Shown: positions 1-12,200 of the stretch, piece by piece | How positions within the stretch are numbered: position 1 is the first letter of the stretch | Layout: every line of letters begins with the position of its first letter | Source: a virus | Taxonomy: Duplodnaviria; Caudoviricetes | Length of the DNA: 64,000 nucleotides | Reading direction: 5' to 3' (one strand) | IMG/VR virus record: IMGVR_UViG_3300033120_000574 | Location: 75,129 to 139,128 of that record | The notes under the pieces: generated by a model | The model's input: the letters and a program-made list of their open reading frames with translations, nothing else | Told to the model about the DNA's origin: nothing | The model's database searches: none | Program-made: the position numbers and the translations under genes

Positions 1-1069
1 CGGTAGAGATTATTTCAGGACGTGGTGATCCAAACTTAAGTTCTCTTAGTTGCGCAGCCAAGTGGTCTACTTGGTCTTTAATGTTGTGGATACTCAAGTC
101 ATCTCTAGCACCTGGGTAGTCTTGACTAACCATGAGGGCGCTACCACGAACTTCGTTAGCCTGCCACAAGCGTTGCGCCATGTCTGGATGTCCAGGCGTA
201 GCTAGCAATGGATTAAGTACTGGGTCACTTGGATCTTTGTTTTGTGCAGCAAAGTAAACTAGTGGGTTTGTTACTTGAACAACTGCCCCAGCTGGATGGG
301 CATTTGTTAATGCTACAGAGAGAGTAAGTATGTCATTGACTTTATCATGTGTTGACACAGTTCGCGCTTCAGGAATACCACTCCCAAAGTCAAAAGAAAT
401 GTCAAATGGAACTGGAGGCAGTATACGACCATCAAGCACACGAAAGGAAGTTGTTCCGCTGGGAACATCAGATTCGACAATAGCAACAGGATTCACAAGC
501 AACAATCCAGGGTTTGCTCCAACATCAATCACGTTAGCGCCATCAGTTCGAAGTACGGCAACTGGAACACGCAAAGAGTTCGGATTACTGCTCTGCTCAA
601 AGCCAGTAGTGGATACAGGACGAACAATACGCCAATCAGACGCTACGCGAGTCGCTACGTTCTCCATGAACTCTGACCCGTTTGGAATAGGAGGAGAATT
701 AAATTCTGTAGGATCCCAAAAGTACCTAGCATCACAGTCACCAGTGACTGTTGCCAACTCAACTTCTACATAAAAGGTAGTGTTGAGCCCCTGTAAAGTC
801 GTAGACCTTGAGTCGTCAGGCGTATCTTCATTTGTGAATACCTGGCCTGCTCTGTTTATAGCCACGCCATTATACACAGTAATCTGGCCAGGAAATGTTC
901 CTTGGTCTTCTATTCTTACACGAAAGCCATCACTAATGCGTGCACGGTTATCTATCAGTTCTTTTTCAGAGATGAAGTTAACAGACTCTTGTGTGAAAAC
1001 GGATGTACCATGTACCAGGTCTGGAAGGTCTAAACGTTCACCTGTGTGTAGTTTTACGAACTTTGGCAT
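1..1069 (-). CDS. Baseplate/tail-fibre-associated virion protein, 5' part (runs off the window start)
   Basis: ATG at 1069, right after the stop of the 967-aa gene; reads MPKFVKLHTGERLDLPDL...; absent from the ORF track, presumably because no stop falls in the window. Confidence 0.7.
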   Translation of the reverse strand, partial: MPKFVKLHTGERLDLPDLVHGTSVFTQESVNFISEKELIDNRARISDGFRVRIEDQGTFPGQITVYNGVAINRAGQVFTNEDTPDDSRSTTLQGLNTTFYVEVELATVTGDCDARYFWDPTEFNSPPIPNGSEFMENVATRVASDWRIVRPVSTTGFEQSSNPNSLRVPVAVLRTDGANVIDVGANPGLLLVNPVAIVESDVPSGTTSFRVLDGRILPPVPFDISFDFGSGIPEARTVSTHDKVNDILTLSVALTNAHPAGAVVQVTNPLVYFAAQNKDPSDPVLNPLLATPGHPDMAQRLWQANEVRGSALMVSQDYPGARDDLSIHNIKDQVDHLAAQLRELKFGSPRPEIIST

Positions 1070-1070
1070 T

Positions 1071-3974
1071 TTACCTCTGTGTTATGAAAGAAACTTTTAC
1101 GCCTGCTGCTCTGATCAGATTAAGTACATAACGTAAGCGTTCCTCAAAAGAAACAGGAAGACGTACAGGAAACTCAAATCCAAACTGTTTAGGATAACCA
1201 GTATCACCCATCGGAGAAACATTGTCAATCTGTTGATGGTTATGGTTTACTAAAATACTACTAGGAACAGTCAGGGTGGCGCCTGTTTTATTAGTATAGC
1301 TTAAGTTCTCTTGTGGGCCAGGTGTGAATGTAACTGTGGTACCTTCTGCGTAATCCCAACAAAGTGCATGTGACAGCGTAAGTTCGTTTGTACCAACATT
1401 ATTGTTAGTCACAGTATGTACTTGCTCATACAGTGGACCTGCACCAGGTGAGATAGTAATAAAGTAGGGATAAACTGTTGGAAATTGTGCAGTACTTAAC
1501 AGGGATATAGTAGTTGTTCCAGCAAAATAAGAAGAACCTGTTATGTTTTTTACTGTCTGGGTCTTGCTTCCGAAATTAAAACAAGCGGTACCTTCTTCTT
1601 CAAAGTCTGTACCAGAGGTCAGTACCAGAGAGGAGTACACAGGTCTGCATATATCAGCAGACAGGTACTGTGATTGTTTTGGGTAGAATGCCTTCAGGTC
1701 TACACCTTCACTGATTCCTAGGTGATCATCAGTAAGCCCTGGACTAACGCGGATCACGTCTGCAAGCAGTCTAATTTGCTTTGCAGAGCCGTGGTTTTGC
1801 GTGAGAGGGGAACCAAGCAAAAGCCTGTTTGGACCCGTAGCAGTTCCAATAACTTCAACAACCTCGCGAGGTCCAATACCGCCTGCACCAGTTAGTACAA
1901 CACGATAAGATGACCCATTTGGGAAAGTGTGCAGCGGACCTACAGGTCCACTCAAGGACGATACTGGCAGTTCCATATCGCCAATGTTCACACCACTAGA
2001 CAGTAATGTCCTTGTTCTGTTTTTTAAAGCAATCTGCTGTGCAGCAACGGTCTCAACGTTTCCCGAATTCTCTCCGACACGCAATTGAAAAGGAAACGTT
2101 GTTGGGAAATAACTAGCATCTTCTACTTCCAATACATTACGACCTGCATAAGTATCTATTGCTATTTTTGTTGGACCCGCAGTGGGTGAAGTAGCGACGA
2201 CGTTACCCACTGTTTGGTTTAATGGTACGTTTTCAAAAAAATCCCAGCAGTAAGGACCAGGCCAGTTGTTGAAACCACTCCACATGTTTCCATCTAAATA
2301 TGTGGAGAAAAAGCTTACAGCGCTACCAGCCAATACAGTAATTTGTAGTGGGTTACCTAACTTCAATACAACGGATTCTTTTAGTTTACTGCCTTTAGGT
2401 ATGTAGAAAGACGTAGCCGGAACAACAAGTGCTGTTGAGGATGCCACCAAATATGTAGTATTTCCTAATGAAGAACCATTGTAGGTCACATCTACATCTC
2501 CAGTGGAAGGAAACAATGAGGTGTCATCCACTTCCAGCAGGGTTGAACCTGCCTCAGCATCAAGGTTGGTCCAAGTATGAGGAACTGTGTAGTTATACTG
2601 TGCAAAACCATTGAGTGTGATCATTCCAAGGTCAGAGAAAGTTGAAGTGTCTGTGATTTGAATTGATGTATCACCTACACCAGCAGTCACAGCCATAGTA
2701 CTCGCAGCGGCAAGATTTACATTAGGATCTCTTATATAACTAGCTGTTCTAAGGTCGTTAACGACTAGCTCTCTAGGAATGAGCACTTCGATGTGTCTTG
2801 GATCACTTTGAAATATGTCCCACCCTTGTGACTTAACTTGAACCTGAGCAACACACACCGTGTTAGTTGCCTTGAGTTGGGTAACTTTGTTTGGACTGAC
2901 GAATGACGTTAAATTAGGTGCTGGCTCCTTCAACAGGATAGTTCCGTTCTCTGGAATAACTCTGTTGTACTGGAAGGGAAACAAAATATCAAAATCATCG
3001 CCAACAACAGGAGCAGCGGGAAGAACATTAGAGAGATAAAAGGTATCTGCAGCTACAAAAGAAACAAACCCAAGCTTATCTTGTAATGCTGGTGTTGCTG
3101 TGCCACGAAAACGAAGAACGCAACCTGCAAAGTCTCCACCACCCAAAGCGGAAGTCAGCGGAGTGTAGGATACAACAGTTGTAGTGGTGCCTCCAGCTGC
3201 GGGAACCTCACTCAGTAATAGAACACTAAGTAACCCGCCCTTAGCCTCCAAAGACGCTACGTCACTAAGTGAGATCTCTACTGCGTTTTCTTGCGCAGTG
3301 TCAGCAACGTTCATTACGTTTGGAGTAGCCTGTGCCCCTGTAAGAGGATTTGCTGTTCCAAACTGTACAGTTACAGAGTGTCTGTTTAGTGCACTAGAGT
3401 ACACATCTACGTGTTCTTGTGGCGTACCTCTACCAATGCATACGGTGTGTTCAACTGTAGGAAATCCAGATGAATCGAAAACGCTGTATGTGCTATCCAT
3501 CGCAGCAACATCATTGATTATAGGTGTTTCCCACACTTTGTTCACTGCAGCATGTGGCATGGTGATTGGGGTAACTAGTGTTGCCTTACCTGTGTCTTTG
3601 TCTAGGAAAGAGTAGGAAACTACTTCAGACTGAGAGATGTATTGGTCTAAATGAAACGTTCCAACTTGTGGAAACCTTTCCGGTTCTAGTATGTATATCT
3701 CTGTGTCTCCTGGTGACGCATTTTGTGCCAAGGCGCTACACACCGTGACTCTAGGTCCAAGAAGAATGCTAAGTACTGCCTCAATTTTGTTTATGGTAAG
3801 CTTGTCCTGTATAGATAACGCACGTACGATCGCACGCCACACGTCATCAGAGAACCCATTCACGCTTCTTGGAAACCCAAGATTCGCAGTTACAACGTCC
3901 AGTCTGTCATCATCAGCAAAATCCAGACATAGCTGGTCTCTGACTTCTGCAATAGCGGATTTAATAGTCATCAA
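1071..3974 (-). CDS. Baseplate wedge/tail protein with beta-rich repeats
   Basis: Follows baseplate J; C-terminal 'LNLIRAAGVKV' resembles P2 gpI-like wedge proteins; repeated 'L.V.DT..FP..G' modules. Confidence 0.65.
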   Translation of the reverse strand: MMTIKSAIAEVRDQLCLDFADDDRLDVVTANLGFPRSVNGFSDDVWRAIVRALSIQDKLTINKIEAVLSILLGPRVTVCSALAQNASPGDTEIYILEPERFPQVGTFHLDQYISQSEVVSYSFLDKDTGKATLVTPITMPHAAVNKVWETPIINDVAAMDSTYSVFDSSGFPTVEHTVCIGRGTPQEHVDVYSSALNRHSVTVQFGTANPLTGAQATPNVMNVADTAQENAVEISLSDVASLEAKGGLLSVLLLSEVPAAGGTTTTVVSYTPLTSALGGGDFAGCVLRFRGTATPALQDKLGFVSFVAADTFYLSNVLPAAPVVGDDFDILFPFQYNRVIPENGTILLKEPAPNLTSFVSPNKVTQLKATNTVCVAQVQVKSQGWDIFQSDPRHIEVLIPRELVVNDLRTASYIRDPNVNLAAASTMAVTAGVGDTSIQITDTSTFSDLGMITLNGFAQYNYTVPHTWTNLDAEAGSTLLEVDDTSLFPSTGDVDVTYNGSSLGNTTYLVASSTALVVPATSFYIPKGSKLKESVVLKLGNPLQITVLAGSAVSFFSTYLDGNMWSGFNNWPGPYCWDFFENVPLNQTVGNVVATSPTAGPTKIAIDTYAGRNVLEVEDASYFPTTFPFQLRVGENSGNVETVAAQQIALKNRTRTLLSSGVNIGDMELPVSSLSGPVGPLHTFPNGSSYRVVLTGAGGIGPREVVEVIGTATGPNRLLLGSPLTQNHGSAKQIRLLADVIRVSPGLTDDHLGISEGVDLKAFYPKQSQYLSADICRPVYSSLVLTSGTDFEEEGTACFNFGSKTQTVKNITGSSYFAGTTTISLLSTAQFPTVYPYFITISPGAGPLYEQVHTVTNNNVGTNELTLSHALCWDYAEGTTVTFTPGPQENLSYTNKTGATLTVPSSILVNHNHQQIDNVSPMGDTGYPKQFGFEFPVRLPVSFEERLRYVLNLIRAAGVKVSFITQR

Positions 3975-5821
3975 AGCACCTGTACAAGAGAAGCACCGCT
4001 ACCATCAAAAGGTAGAGGCAATTCACTCTCTAAAACGGTTATATTTGCTGTTGGTGTAATTATTCGTATGTCTTCCAAACCTACGACGGAAAAAGCTACG
4101 TCTATTAACTTTGATCTAACAACGTCTCTACCTATACGAAGGGAAGAAATATATGACTCAATAGCACGCCTTACTTGAGGTGCAAGAAAGGACTCCGAGT
4201 AGCCTTCTGCTGCAGTTATTGAAGCAACGACAGTTACACGTTTTATCGTAGGTTCTTCTACAACTAAAAACGTACCAGCAGCTTTTACACCAGGATAACG
4301 AGTAGGATCCAGTGGATCACCTTCCATTACTTTTTGAACCTCGGCAATCAAGTTAGTGTAGTATATGTAGTGAGAGATTACCTTTGTTCCAGCTAAAAAC
4401 CCACCAACGTCTATCAACTGAAACTCACCAGTACCTCTATTTAGATTGTACTCAGTACGGCTCAACAGTCGCCATACACCGGAGGGTGGCTGTATCCAAA
4501 CACGTTCACTTCCACGGACCAATGGAAAGTTTGTGAACTGTAAACGACGTTGAGTAGCCTCTGTTGAACTAGACAAAACGTCCACAAAGTTTACGATAGT
4601 TGTAGCTAAATGTGGAAAAGCAAGAGGAGTTGTTGTAGTTGGATAGAATGTGTTAGCATCATATTGTAAAAGCTCTGGGTCAGTAGAGTCTTCAATGTAT
4701 AGCCATCCTGACTCTGGCCAGTCGTCAGAGTTAACAAGGGGAACACCAGAAGCTCCAGCCAGGATGTCAGACGCTATCGAGTCACTAGGGAGAATCTGTG
4801 TTCTTGCGGAGCTTCCAGTCCCATCATCAATGTAGAGAATAACTTCATCATTAGCAAAGTCTTCTACAATGTTTGACGAGATAACGCGAGTTTGAGATAC
4901 TGGATCTTCTACTCCAATGGCTTTTGACTTCAGCGCTAAAACAGTACCAAGTCCTAATGCGGCCAACTGTTGTAAAGCTCTTGTTCTAAGGTCTATGTCG
5001 GTCTCTGCATCCAATCCACCTTGTGCCTGTGTAATGTTTGATACTGCCCCACCAACAAAAGGAGGCGAACTAGCCCATTGGTTGATTCTACCAGTTCCTA
5101 TGTTTCCTGCCAAGCCGCTAGTAGTACATTTAACTATAACCTCATTGGATTCATAGTTACCTTGAAGAATTGTAGCTGGTTCAATCGTTGTGTAAATTCT
5201 AGCTGTTTCGTTAACTGTAGGTGGTGCTTGTACCTCGGTTCCTATTGGAAGAAATCTAGATGAAGAGGAAGGTGCAACTGGAGCAAAGAGAGAACCACCA
5301 GTTACAAAGGCAAGACGATCTCCAATAAACAAATCTGAAGTGGTAGCGGAGGAGATAGTCATGGTTCCAGTAGATGTGTCATTGTTAGTGACTTCAAGAT
5401 TTTGTTGACGTGCTGTGCCTTCTCCAACACGGACAGTGTATGGATACCCCGTTGTTGGAAATCTTGTAGTATCAAACCCGTTTACAAACAAACTACCAGC
5501 AGTTATATCAATTCCAAGTCTGGTTCGTATTAGGTTGTTGTCATAGAACTTAACCAAAGCTGTAGCAGGTTTAGCAGATCTACGTGTTATGCCAAAATCT
5601 GCTAACCTACGATCGAGGTCCTCGCCAGCAGCGGTCGTATAACTAAACAAGTCTAACAATTGAACCATTTGAAAGTACTGTTCATCGTCTTCCAATGCAG
5701 CAGCTTCAAGTATGGTTCGTATTACAGATCCTACGTTATAATCGGAGACTATGGTACGCGTTTGCATATATGCGACCATGTCTGTTAGAATCTGGTCAAA
5801 AGTTCTAGGTAGAAATGCCAT
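3971..5821 (-). CDS. Baseplate J-like wedge protein
   Basis: N-terminal 'SDYNVGSVIRTILEA', 'AAGEDLDRRLADFGITRRSA', 'GGLDAETDIDLRTR'. Confidence 0.9.
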   Translation of the reverse strand: MAFLPRTFDQILTDMVAYMQTRTIVSDYNVGSVIRTILEAAALEDDEQYFQMVQLLDLFSYTTAAGEDLDRRLADFGITRRSAKPATALVKFYDNNLIRTRLGIDITAGSLFVNGFDTTRFPTTGYPYTVRVGEGTARQQNLEVTNNDTSTGTMTISSATTSDLFIGDRLAFVTGGSLFAPVAPSSSSRFLPIGTEVQAPPTVNETARIYTTIEPATILQGNYESNEVIVKCTTSGLAGNIGTGRINQWASSPPFVGGAVSNITQAQGGLDAETDIDLRTRALQQLAALGLGTVLALKSKAIGVEDPVSQTRVISSNIVEDFANDEVILYIDDGTGSSARTQILPSDSIASDILAGASGVPLVNSDDWPESGWLYIEDSTDPELLQYDANTFYPTTTTPLAFPHLATTIVNFVDVLSSSTEATQRRLQFTNFPLVRGSERVWIQPPSGVWRLLSRTEYNLNRGTGEFQLIDVGGFLAGTKVISHYIYYTNLIAEVQKVMEGDPLDPTRYPGVKAAGTFLVVEEPTIKRVTVVASITAAEGYSESFLAPQVRRAIESYISSLRIGRDVVRSKLIDVAFSVVGLEDIRIITPTANITVLESELPLPFDGSGASLVQVL

Positions 5822-5822
5822 G

Positions 5823-7724
5823 TTAACGCCTTCTTAATGCAAAACTGGTAGATAAGGTATCATGAGATTCAGTCAATTGTACATTCGCACTTAAGGCGAG
5901 TATATCATTGTTAGTGGCAAGATCCAAGTTGGATACCCGTAGTACGCGAGTGTCTGAGAGCAACGTCCCCAAAGCGTTCAACCTAATCTGGTTAACACTC
6001 GCTTGTGTTAACTTTCTTCCAATAGGTATTTTCGTACCAAAGTATGTATGCGCAGGAAGCTCTCCTTGCTCTGTAGCAAACTTGATACGTACTGCTTGTT
6101 CTACATTTGGAACTCCAGCTATAGTAGACAAGTCGCCACGTTGATTTATTAGTACATCCGTTAGTTCTTGTGAACCAACGAACTGTGAACGCAAGCGCAA
6201 GTCTCTACCATATGGCAACTGCGTTAGACTAGACCCCTGCGCATTTGCCAAGTTTTCAGCATCAGGTGCATTCTGGGTGCTCACTAGAGAAGAAGACGAA
6301 GTGGTGGTCGGAAACAGTATAGCATCTCCAGGTCCCAAGGTGTCTGGTAGACCTTCATCGGATATATAAGGATATCGTAGTCTGTTTAAAGCAACTAAGA
6401 TACGCCATCTTGCTCTGTCGTTTAATACACGTGCGGCAATGTCTCTGATTCCTTCTCCAGGGGCAACTATAACAGAGCCTGTGCTAACTGGAGTTGGTTC
6501 CAATCCAATGAAAGAAGGACTAGACGTAGGAGACCTACGCGGACTTGTAATAGTTCCTGCAGCTTCATATGCAGTTGCCATACGATTCAAAGTAAAAGCA
6601 ACGTCAGAAACTGAGGAGCTACCAACTGCATCCTCTGACAGGACACGTGCACCAGTAACAAGGACTCTGTTTAGACTCCTAAACATGTCTATAAAGTCTA
6701 AATAGTCTTGATCTACTTGACGTAGACTAGACAACTCAGTTATCGCAGCTTCAACATTTGAAACCAGCGTTAAAGCTTTATCTCGAAGTCCTTTATGTAC
6801 GCCAAAAGCGGAAGTCTTAACAGCGTTAAGGCCGTTAATGACTGCTAATAGCGGGCTCAGTACAGTGTTACTGACGAATGTTGTGTATCCTTGAATGCTG
6901 TTTATTCTGTTTGAAATTGTCAAGAACATGTTCAACAGATTTTGACTGTATTCTTGTAAACGTGCTTGTAAACGCTGTCTATCCCTAGCGGCTGCTAGAG
7001 GATCTGGACCTGGTGTATAGCTAAAGTTGAAAACACCCAAGGTTTTAAGGCTAATGTTATATTCGTATGTTAGCGGACTAGCAGAGTTCTGGGACAGTCT
7101 AAAATCTTCAGGCTCAACAATCCAATAATCAGCGTCTTTTAGGTTACGCCACAGCAACAACACACGACTAGACAGCTCGTCAGAATGCTTGATATCAGAG
7201 TACTTCCTAAAAATGTTACGCAAAAAGATGATGTCATCATGTCCTGTGATCTCTCGTGGTGAAAGACGACGAACATCTGTAGTTAATCCGCTGCCCAAAA
7301 GAGTTTGTATCTGGTCATCGCTTATTCCAAGTAATGGAATCGTTCCACTTCGTACTTTGTTTGGACGGAATCCAGTCGTACCTGATATGCGAAGAGACTT
7401 TAGAATTGAACCATAAGATTCAACAAACTTACCTGCGTCTTGTGTACATATGATGCTTGTGGCAAACGGTTCATCAAACTCATGTACTTTGGGTGGTACA
7501 CGAAAGAAGTACTCTGCATTTTGTGTACGCTTTGCTGGGTCTAACCCTGGGGCTACTAAAGTCTCACTAGTAGCTGTATCAAACAAAACAAGAGAATAAA
7601 GTGTTTGTATGACCTCAGACAGCTGAGTAGCTTGAACGACTTGGGCACGTTGTTCATTTGAAAGAGTAGTTACAGTGTTACCAGATATACCAACACTTGT
7701 TTTTCCATTGTTTGCCATTGTCAT
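5823..7724 (-). CDS. Baseplate protein: tube-initiator-like N-terminus, LysM-like domain, gp25/GpW-like C-terminus
   Basis: 'ISGTTG'; 'VAPGEGIRDIAARVLNDRARWRILVALNRL' (LysM-like); 'GVPNVEQAVRIKFATEQGELPAHTYFG...LLSDTRV' (gp25-like). Confidence 0.7.
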   Translation of the reverse strand: MTMANNGKTSVGISGNTVTTLSNEQRAQVVQATQLSEVIQTLYSLVLFDTATSETLVAPGLDPAKRTQNAEYFFRVPPKVHEFDEPFATSIICTQDAGKFVESYGSILKSLRISGTTGFRPNKVRSGTIPLLGISDDQIQTLLGSGLTTDVRRLSPREITGHDDIIFLRNIFRKYSDIKHSDELSSRVLLLWRNLKDADYWIVEPEDFRLSQNSASPLTYEYNISLKTLGVFNFSYTPGPDPLAAARDRQRLQARLQEYSQNLLNMFLTISNRINSIQGYTTFVSNTVLSPLLAVINGLNAVKTSAFGVHKGLRDKALTLVSNVEAAITELSSLRQVDQDYLDFIDMFRSLNRVLVTGARVLSEDAVGSSSVSDVAFTLNRMATAYEAAGTITSPRRSPTSSPSFIGLEPTPVSTGSVIVAPGEGIRDIAARVLNDRARWRILVALNRLRYPYISDEGLPDTLGPGDAILFPTTTSSSSLVSTQNAPDAENLANAQGSSLTQLPYGRDLRLRSQFVGSQELTDVLINQRGDLSTIAGVPNVEQAVRIKFATEQGELPAHTYFGTKIPIGRKLTQASVNQIRLNALGTLLSDTRVLRVSNLDLATNNDILALSANVQLTESHDTLSTSFALRRR

Positions 7725-9211
7725 CCTGTAGTAGTGGTTGTAGAAATCGCAGCTGTAATAGAAGCGGCCAGAGCGGCAGCTGCGTTAGTCAGTGCTAATG
7801 CATATGCAGTCTCTACAGTGGCTGATGCCTGTGCTGCGGCCACTGACGCTGCGAATGTTGCTACTGCCTGTAGCAAAAATGTTCCGCCAACAACACCACC
7901 AAGAGATCCACTGCCTATGGTAACTCCTGCAGGTTGGATAGCGATTGAGCCAGGAGCACCAGATCCACCAGACGCCAGGGTGATGTTTGTTCCAGCAATT
8001 GCAGTTGTAGTGCTGTTAATGGAATATTGTGTACAAGTAATGTCGAGATTGTTAGCAACGGTGCAAGTAACACTGTCTGCGCTAGATACAGTGCAGCTGC
8101 CCGTCATATCCACACTTGTAGCTTGGGTAACCACCACTTCTAGGTCTGCTGACACTGTTGTTGAGCTGTTGCCTGTAATGGTCTCGGTCTTGTCACCATC
8201 TGTGGATAAATTTGTGTCACCAGTAACTTCAGTAGTTAAATCACCACCTACGTTAATTGTAGTATTTTCATCGGAGGATAGCAAGATACTTGATGCACTC
8301 TCTACGGTAAAGTTGTCTGGAACTTCAACCAAAAACCTATCCTTCTCAATTAACAGGTACGTGTTATCCTTCTGTGTTGCACGTTCTGGGTTGCTTGGAT
8401 TCGGTTGTGCCAAGTTTGGATCTCCCAGGTCCAGTACGCCAACGCCGTTTGCAGGTAAATTGAAATCAAGTTCAAAGGATTGAGAAGGTTTGATCCAAGC
8501 TTTGAAACTGCCACCAGTATCTGCGTTAACAGTTCTAGGAAAACGGCCATCTGTAGAGGTGACAGGGTCGCCAAAAGACATGGCAGCATTAGAAAGGTGT
8601 GTAGAGAGGTAAATAGTGCCTTCTTGGGTTATTGTGAACTCAGCCCCATTTATACGTTGAAAGTATCTGTTTTTTTGGTCCAAGTAACGTTGGCTGCCTC
8701 CGTTTGATGAAGGATTTCTATTTGCTGATGTAGCTGGGTCAAATCTGTTTCTAGGATGTGGCCACCAACGTAGTATGAATGGACTGTCTAAACTTCCACC
8801 TAGAAAGCCAACAATACACCAATCTCCATCCAAATCGAAGGGATTGATGTTATTCATATCCCCATTCCATGCTTGCCCTGTAACCAAAGTTGTACTTCCC
8901 CTGGGCAGCTGCTCACAATAGTTGTCAATTCCTACGTTAGCATTTGGTGTGATGATTACGTTTGCCAAAGGAAAGTTAGAAGAACGTCCATCTTCAACAA
9001 CCAGAACAGTGGCAGTATGCATGTATCCACGTCGATCCGCAGTTTGAATGGCAGTACGGTTCTCTTCCGCATCTGAATGGTTCACAGACAGCACTACACC
9101 CAAAACCAAACGGTCAAACGCAAGGCTAGCATTACGCTGCGCTGTCAACGCTTGTGCAACAGGTTCACCATACCCATTGATTATTCTTCGTTGTCCAACT
9201 ACTCCACTCAT
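7721..9211 (-). CDS. Baseplate central spike (gpV/gp5-like)
   Basis: OB-fold-like 'GDWCIVGFLGGSLDSPFIL' followed by Thr/Val-rich beta-helix repeats; gene position. Confidence 0.7.
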   Translation of the reverse strand: MSGVVGQRRIINGYGEPVAQALTAQRNASLAFDRLVLGVVLSVNHSDAEENRTAIQTADRRGYMHTATVLVVEDGRSSNFPLANVIITPNANVGIDNYCEQLPRGSTTLVTGQAWNGDMNNINPFDLDGDWCIVGFLGGSLDSPFILRWWPHPRNRFDPATSANRNPSSNGGSQRYLDQKNRYFQRINGAEFTITQEGTIYLSTHLSNAAMSFGDPVTSTDGRFPRTVNADTGGSFKAWIKPSQSFELDFNLPANGVGVLDLGDPNLAQPNPSNPERATQKDNTYLLIEKDRFLVEVPDNFTVESASSILLSSDENTTINVGGDLTTEVTGDTNLSTDGDKTETITGNSSTTVSADLEVVVTQATSVDMTGSCTVSSADSVTCTVANNLDITCTQYSINSTTTAIAGTNITLASGGSGAPGSIAIQPAGVTIGSGSLGGVVGGTFLLQAVATFAASVAAAQASATVETAYALALTNAAAALAASITAAISTTTTTG

Positions 9212-12200
9212 ATTCCATCTCTCCTCACTCTTGCAAGAGCGTCACTGTATGTTGAGTTGCTGGCTGGATTAGTTGAGAAGCCAGAGGAGCTGTTGTTAGC
9301 AGAGGTGATACCCAATGAACGTGCCTCTGCTTCTCTCAATTCTGCTGCAAAGTTAGGATCCGAAGTACCAGTAACAGCATCTATTAGAGTCTCATTGTAG
9401 TTATCTCTGCGTTCTCCAAAGTCAGTCTCATTGTAGGCTGCACTGACTCGTGCTTGTGCAGGAACTACTTGAGTTCCTTTACGAACAGTAAGAGCACGTC
9501 GAACTGCTACTGGATCTGGGCACATAAAGAACGCTCCGAGACGAGAGTTTACTCTTCTCTGTGTCTCTGTTGCACCAAGCCCTTCTAGAGCAGGGCACAC
9601 ATAGACTGGGTGTGGATTGGTTGGTTGACCACGGGTTACTTGTAGGTTAGTGGTCATGTGCTGGTCAACATTCCAAGTATGGGATACGCTTTCAACATAG
9701 AAAGACATGTTACGATCAGGAAGGTCCAACCTGTATCCTGCACGTATTTCTGGTGCACCACGCATCTCTATATTTCCTGACACGTACTCTATGTTGTGTT
9801 GATACCAATGGTCATGCAGGAGTGTCCAACGTGCTAGCTGCCTTCTTGTCATGGCAGTATCTACATGAGTATACATTTGTTGTGTACTTGTGGTTGTGTC
9901 TGTTGTTTCCCTAGTACCAGGCGTTGGTGGTGTCTCAGGTAAGTGTGCTTCTTCACCACCATCTGTTACTTCAACCTCGTCATCTGGAGATAGGAGACCT
10001 GCAGTACCAACAGGTAAAGTAACACCAAACAGCTCTCTAAACACTCTAACAGGATCCTGACTTACCGTTAAAGATTCATCTGGATTAGGAGGTCGTGTAG
10101 GAGAAAGTACGCTACTTACAGCGGGTGCACCAGCAGGTACAGCATCTCTGAATCTGTCAGGAGCCAATCTGTTTCTGTCTGACATGGAGGAATAGCTACG
10201 TCCGTTTCGTTCAATATTGAACTCAAAGTGAAGGTGTACTCCAAATCGAGATTCATCTACACGCGTCTCTGGACGATCCACAGGCTCTGCATCTGTGTTA
10301 CCTACATAACCGATAACATCTCCTGCGCGGACAGGCACTTCTGTATACCCACCACGGGCATTCAATCTTGTGGACTGGAAAGGTGCAAGATTGCTACTAG
10401 ATCTTGCACGTGTTACTGGTTGCACGTTTTCCGCAAAGCGATCTAGGTGTCCATAAAGTGTGTACATATTGTCTTGCGGATGGAATATGTAAACACAATT
10501 TCCATAGGCAGGGACTACGTTAGGGCTTCGTGGACGTTGTGGCAAAGCCATACACACGAGACCATCACGTACAGCGCGTACAGGTGTTCCACGAGGAGCA
10601 TGTATATCTACGCCGTTGTGGAACCTCCAGTATCTTGTTCCTGCTGCTGGTGTTATGTTGTTTGGGTTATTGTTTACTGGTCTTTCAAATCTGGTTTCTT
10701 TAGGACGATACCACCATTGGTTTTCAGGCGTAACGAATCCTTGAGATAAAACGCCATCTGCCTCTACCAAAGCAACAGGTAGCACGGTCACGCTGCTAGC
10801 AGGCGCGGGGGTAGTTGTCTCAGCCAAAGCTTGTTCTGGCTCGTTTACAGTGGTTACCCGATTTGCTAAATCCAAGCCACCACGTGCACAACGTGTATTC
10901 AAGGTACGTTTACGTAGCCCATGACGCACAATAGCAACAGGTGTAATAAGTGGACTCAAGTCTCGCATGTAGAATCTAGAAGCTTCACCACTCAGGGCAC
11001 TTTCAGACACCATCTCTATCAGATTAAAATGATCGGTGTCACTTCTGCTTAGACTTGTAGAAATTATCTCAGTGTTGTGTACTACGGCTACATCTAAATG
11101 TTTCTGTGCAGTTTCAGGGGAAGTTCCATTTGACCTAGCTTGTACCGAGATAGTTGGAATGGTTATTACATGACGACCTGGTTCGTTTGGACGATCGCTA
11201 AATATTGCACCGAATATAACAGTTCCCAAATTTCCAATGGCGTTACCTGTGAACGAAGTAGCCGAAGTGCTGCTTTGCACGACTGTGATTGGTACATTCT
11301 GTGCATCAATTCGGTCAATGGTAGAAAAAGGATACTCACGCATTATCAAAGCTGGTACGTGACAAATACCGTTCACTCCTACATCAGCTTCGTTTCCTCC
11401 AAGCTCATCCAACTCTCTGGAGAAATCGGTACCAACAGTCAATCCTCCATCGCGGCTCAAAGGACGCAAATCTAGGAACAACTCATTTACAATTTCATTT
11501 GAGACAGAGTTGATGAAGCTCCACACACTATCTTGTCTTTCCCAAATTGACAACTCGGCAAAGTAACCATCAATAGCATTTCGCTCTACGAATGTAGATA
11601 GATCAATTATGTCCAATAGCGTTGGAGGGGCACTAGACACGGTAGTGTTGAGTATTGAAAAAGCTTCACCACCGTTCAATGGCAGTCCGTTTCCTCCCGT
11701 GTCATTTGGACCACGTCCATCCAAAGCACGTTGAGCAGCCAAACTAAAACGCTGTCTGTCGTTACGACGAATGTCTCCAGCAAGTGGAGACTCAGGGTCA
11801 GTTCGTAACAGTTGATCCGTGCTTATAGTGTCATCAAACCCTGCTTGGGTTTTGATTTGATCCAAGAAAGCTTGGTAACCACCCAAATCCAGCACCTGCC
11901 TACGTATATCCTCAGACAACAACCCCAATGCAAACTCTGCCCGTTGTGCACGTATTTGATTTAGGTTTCTGGGAACAAAAGACGCAGGTAATATGAATTG
12001 TCCACCAAACCCCATTAGAAGCAAAATAACGTTTACCACCACGTCAGCAGGGGATCCATGAGCAAGCAATCCCCGTGTACGCAGTGCTGCACCTCCCATA
12101 TTAGTGGTTCCAATAAAATTTCCATCAAAGTCAGGTCTTGCTGCAACATGTGGATTGAAGTAAAGTTGTGTTCGTTCAAATGCTTTTTGGAAGTCAGAAC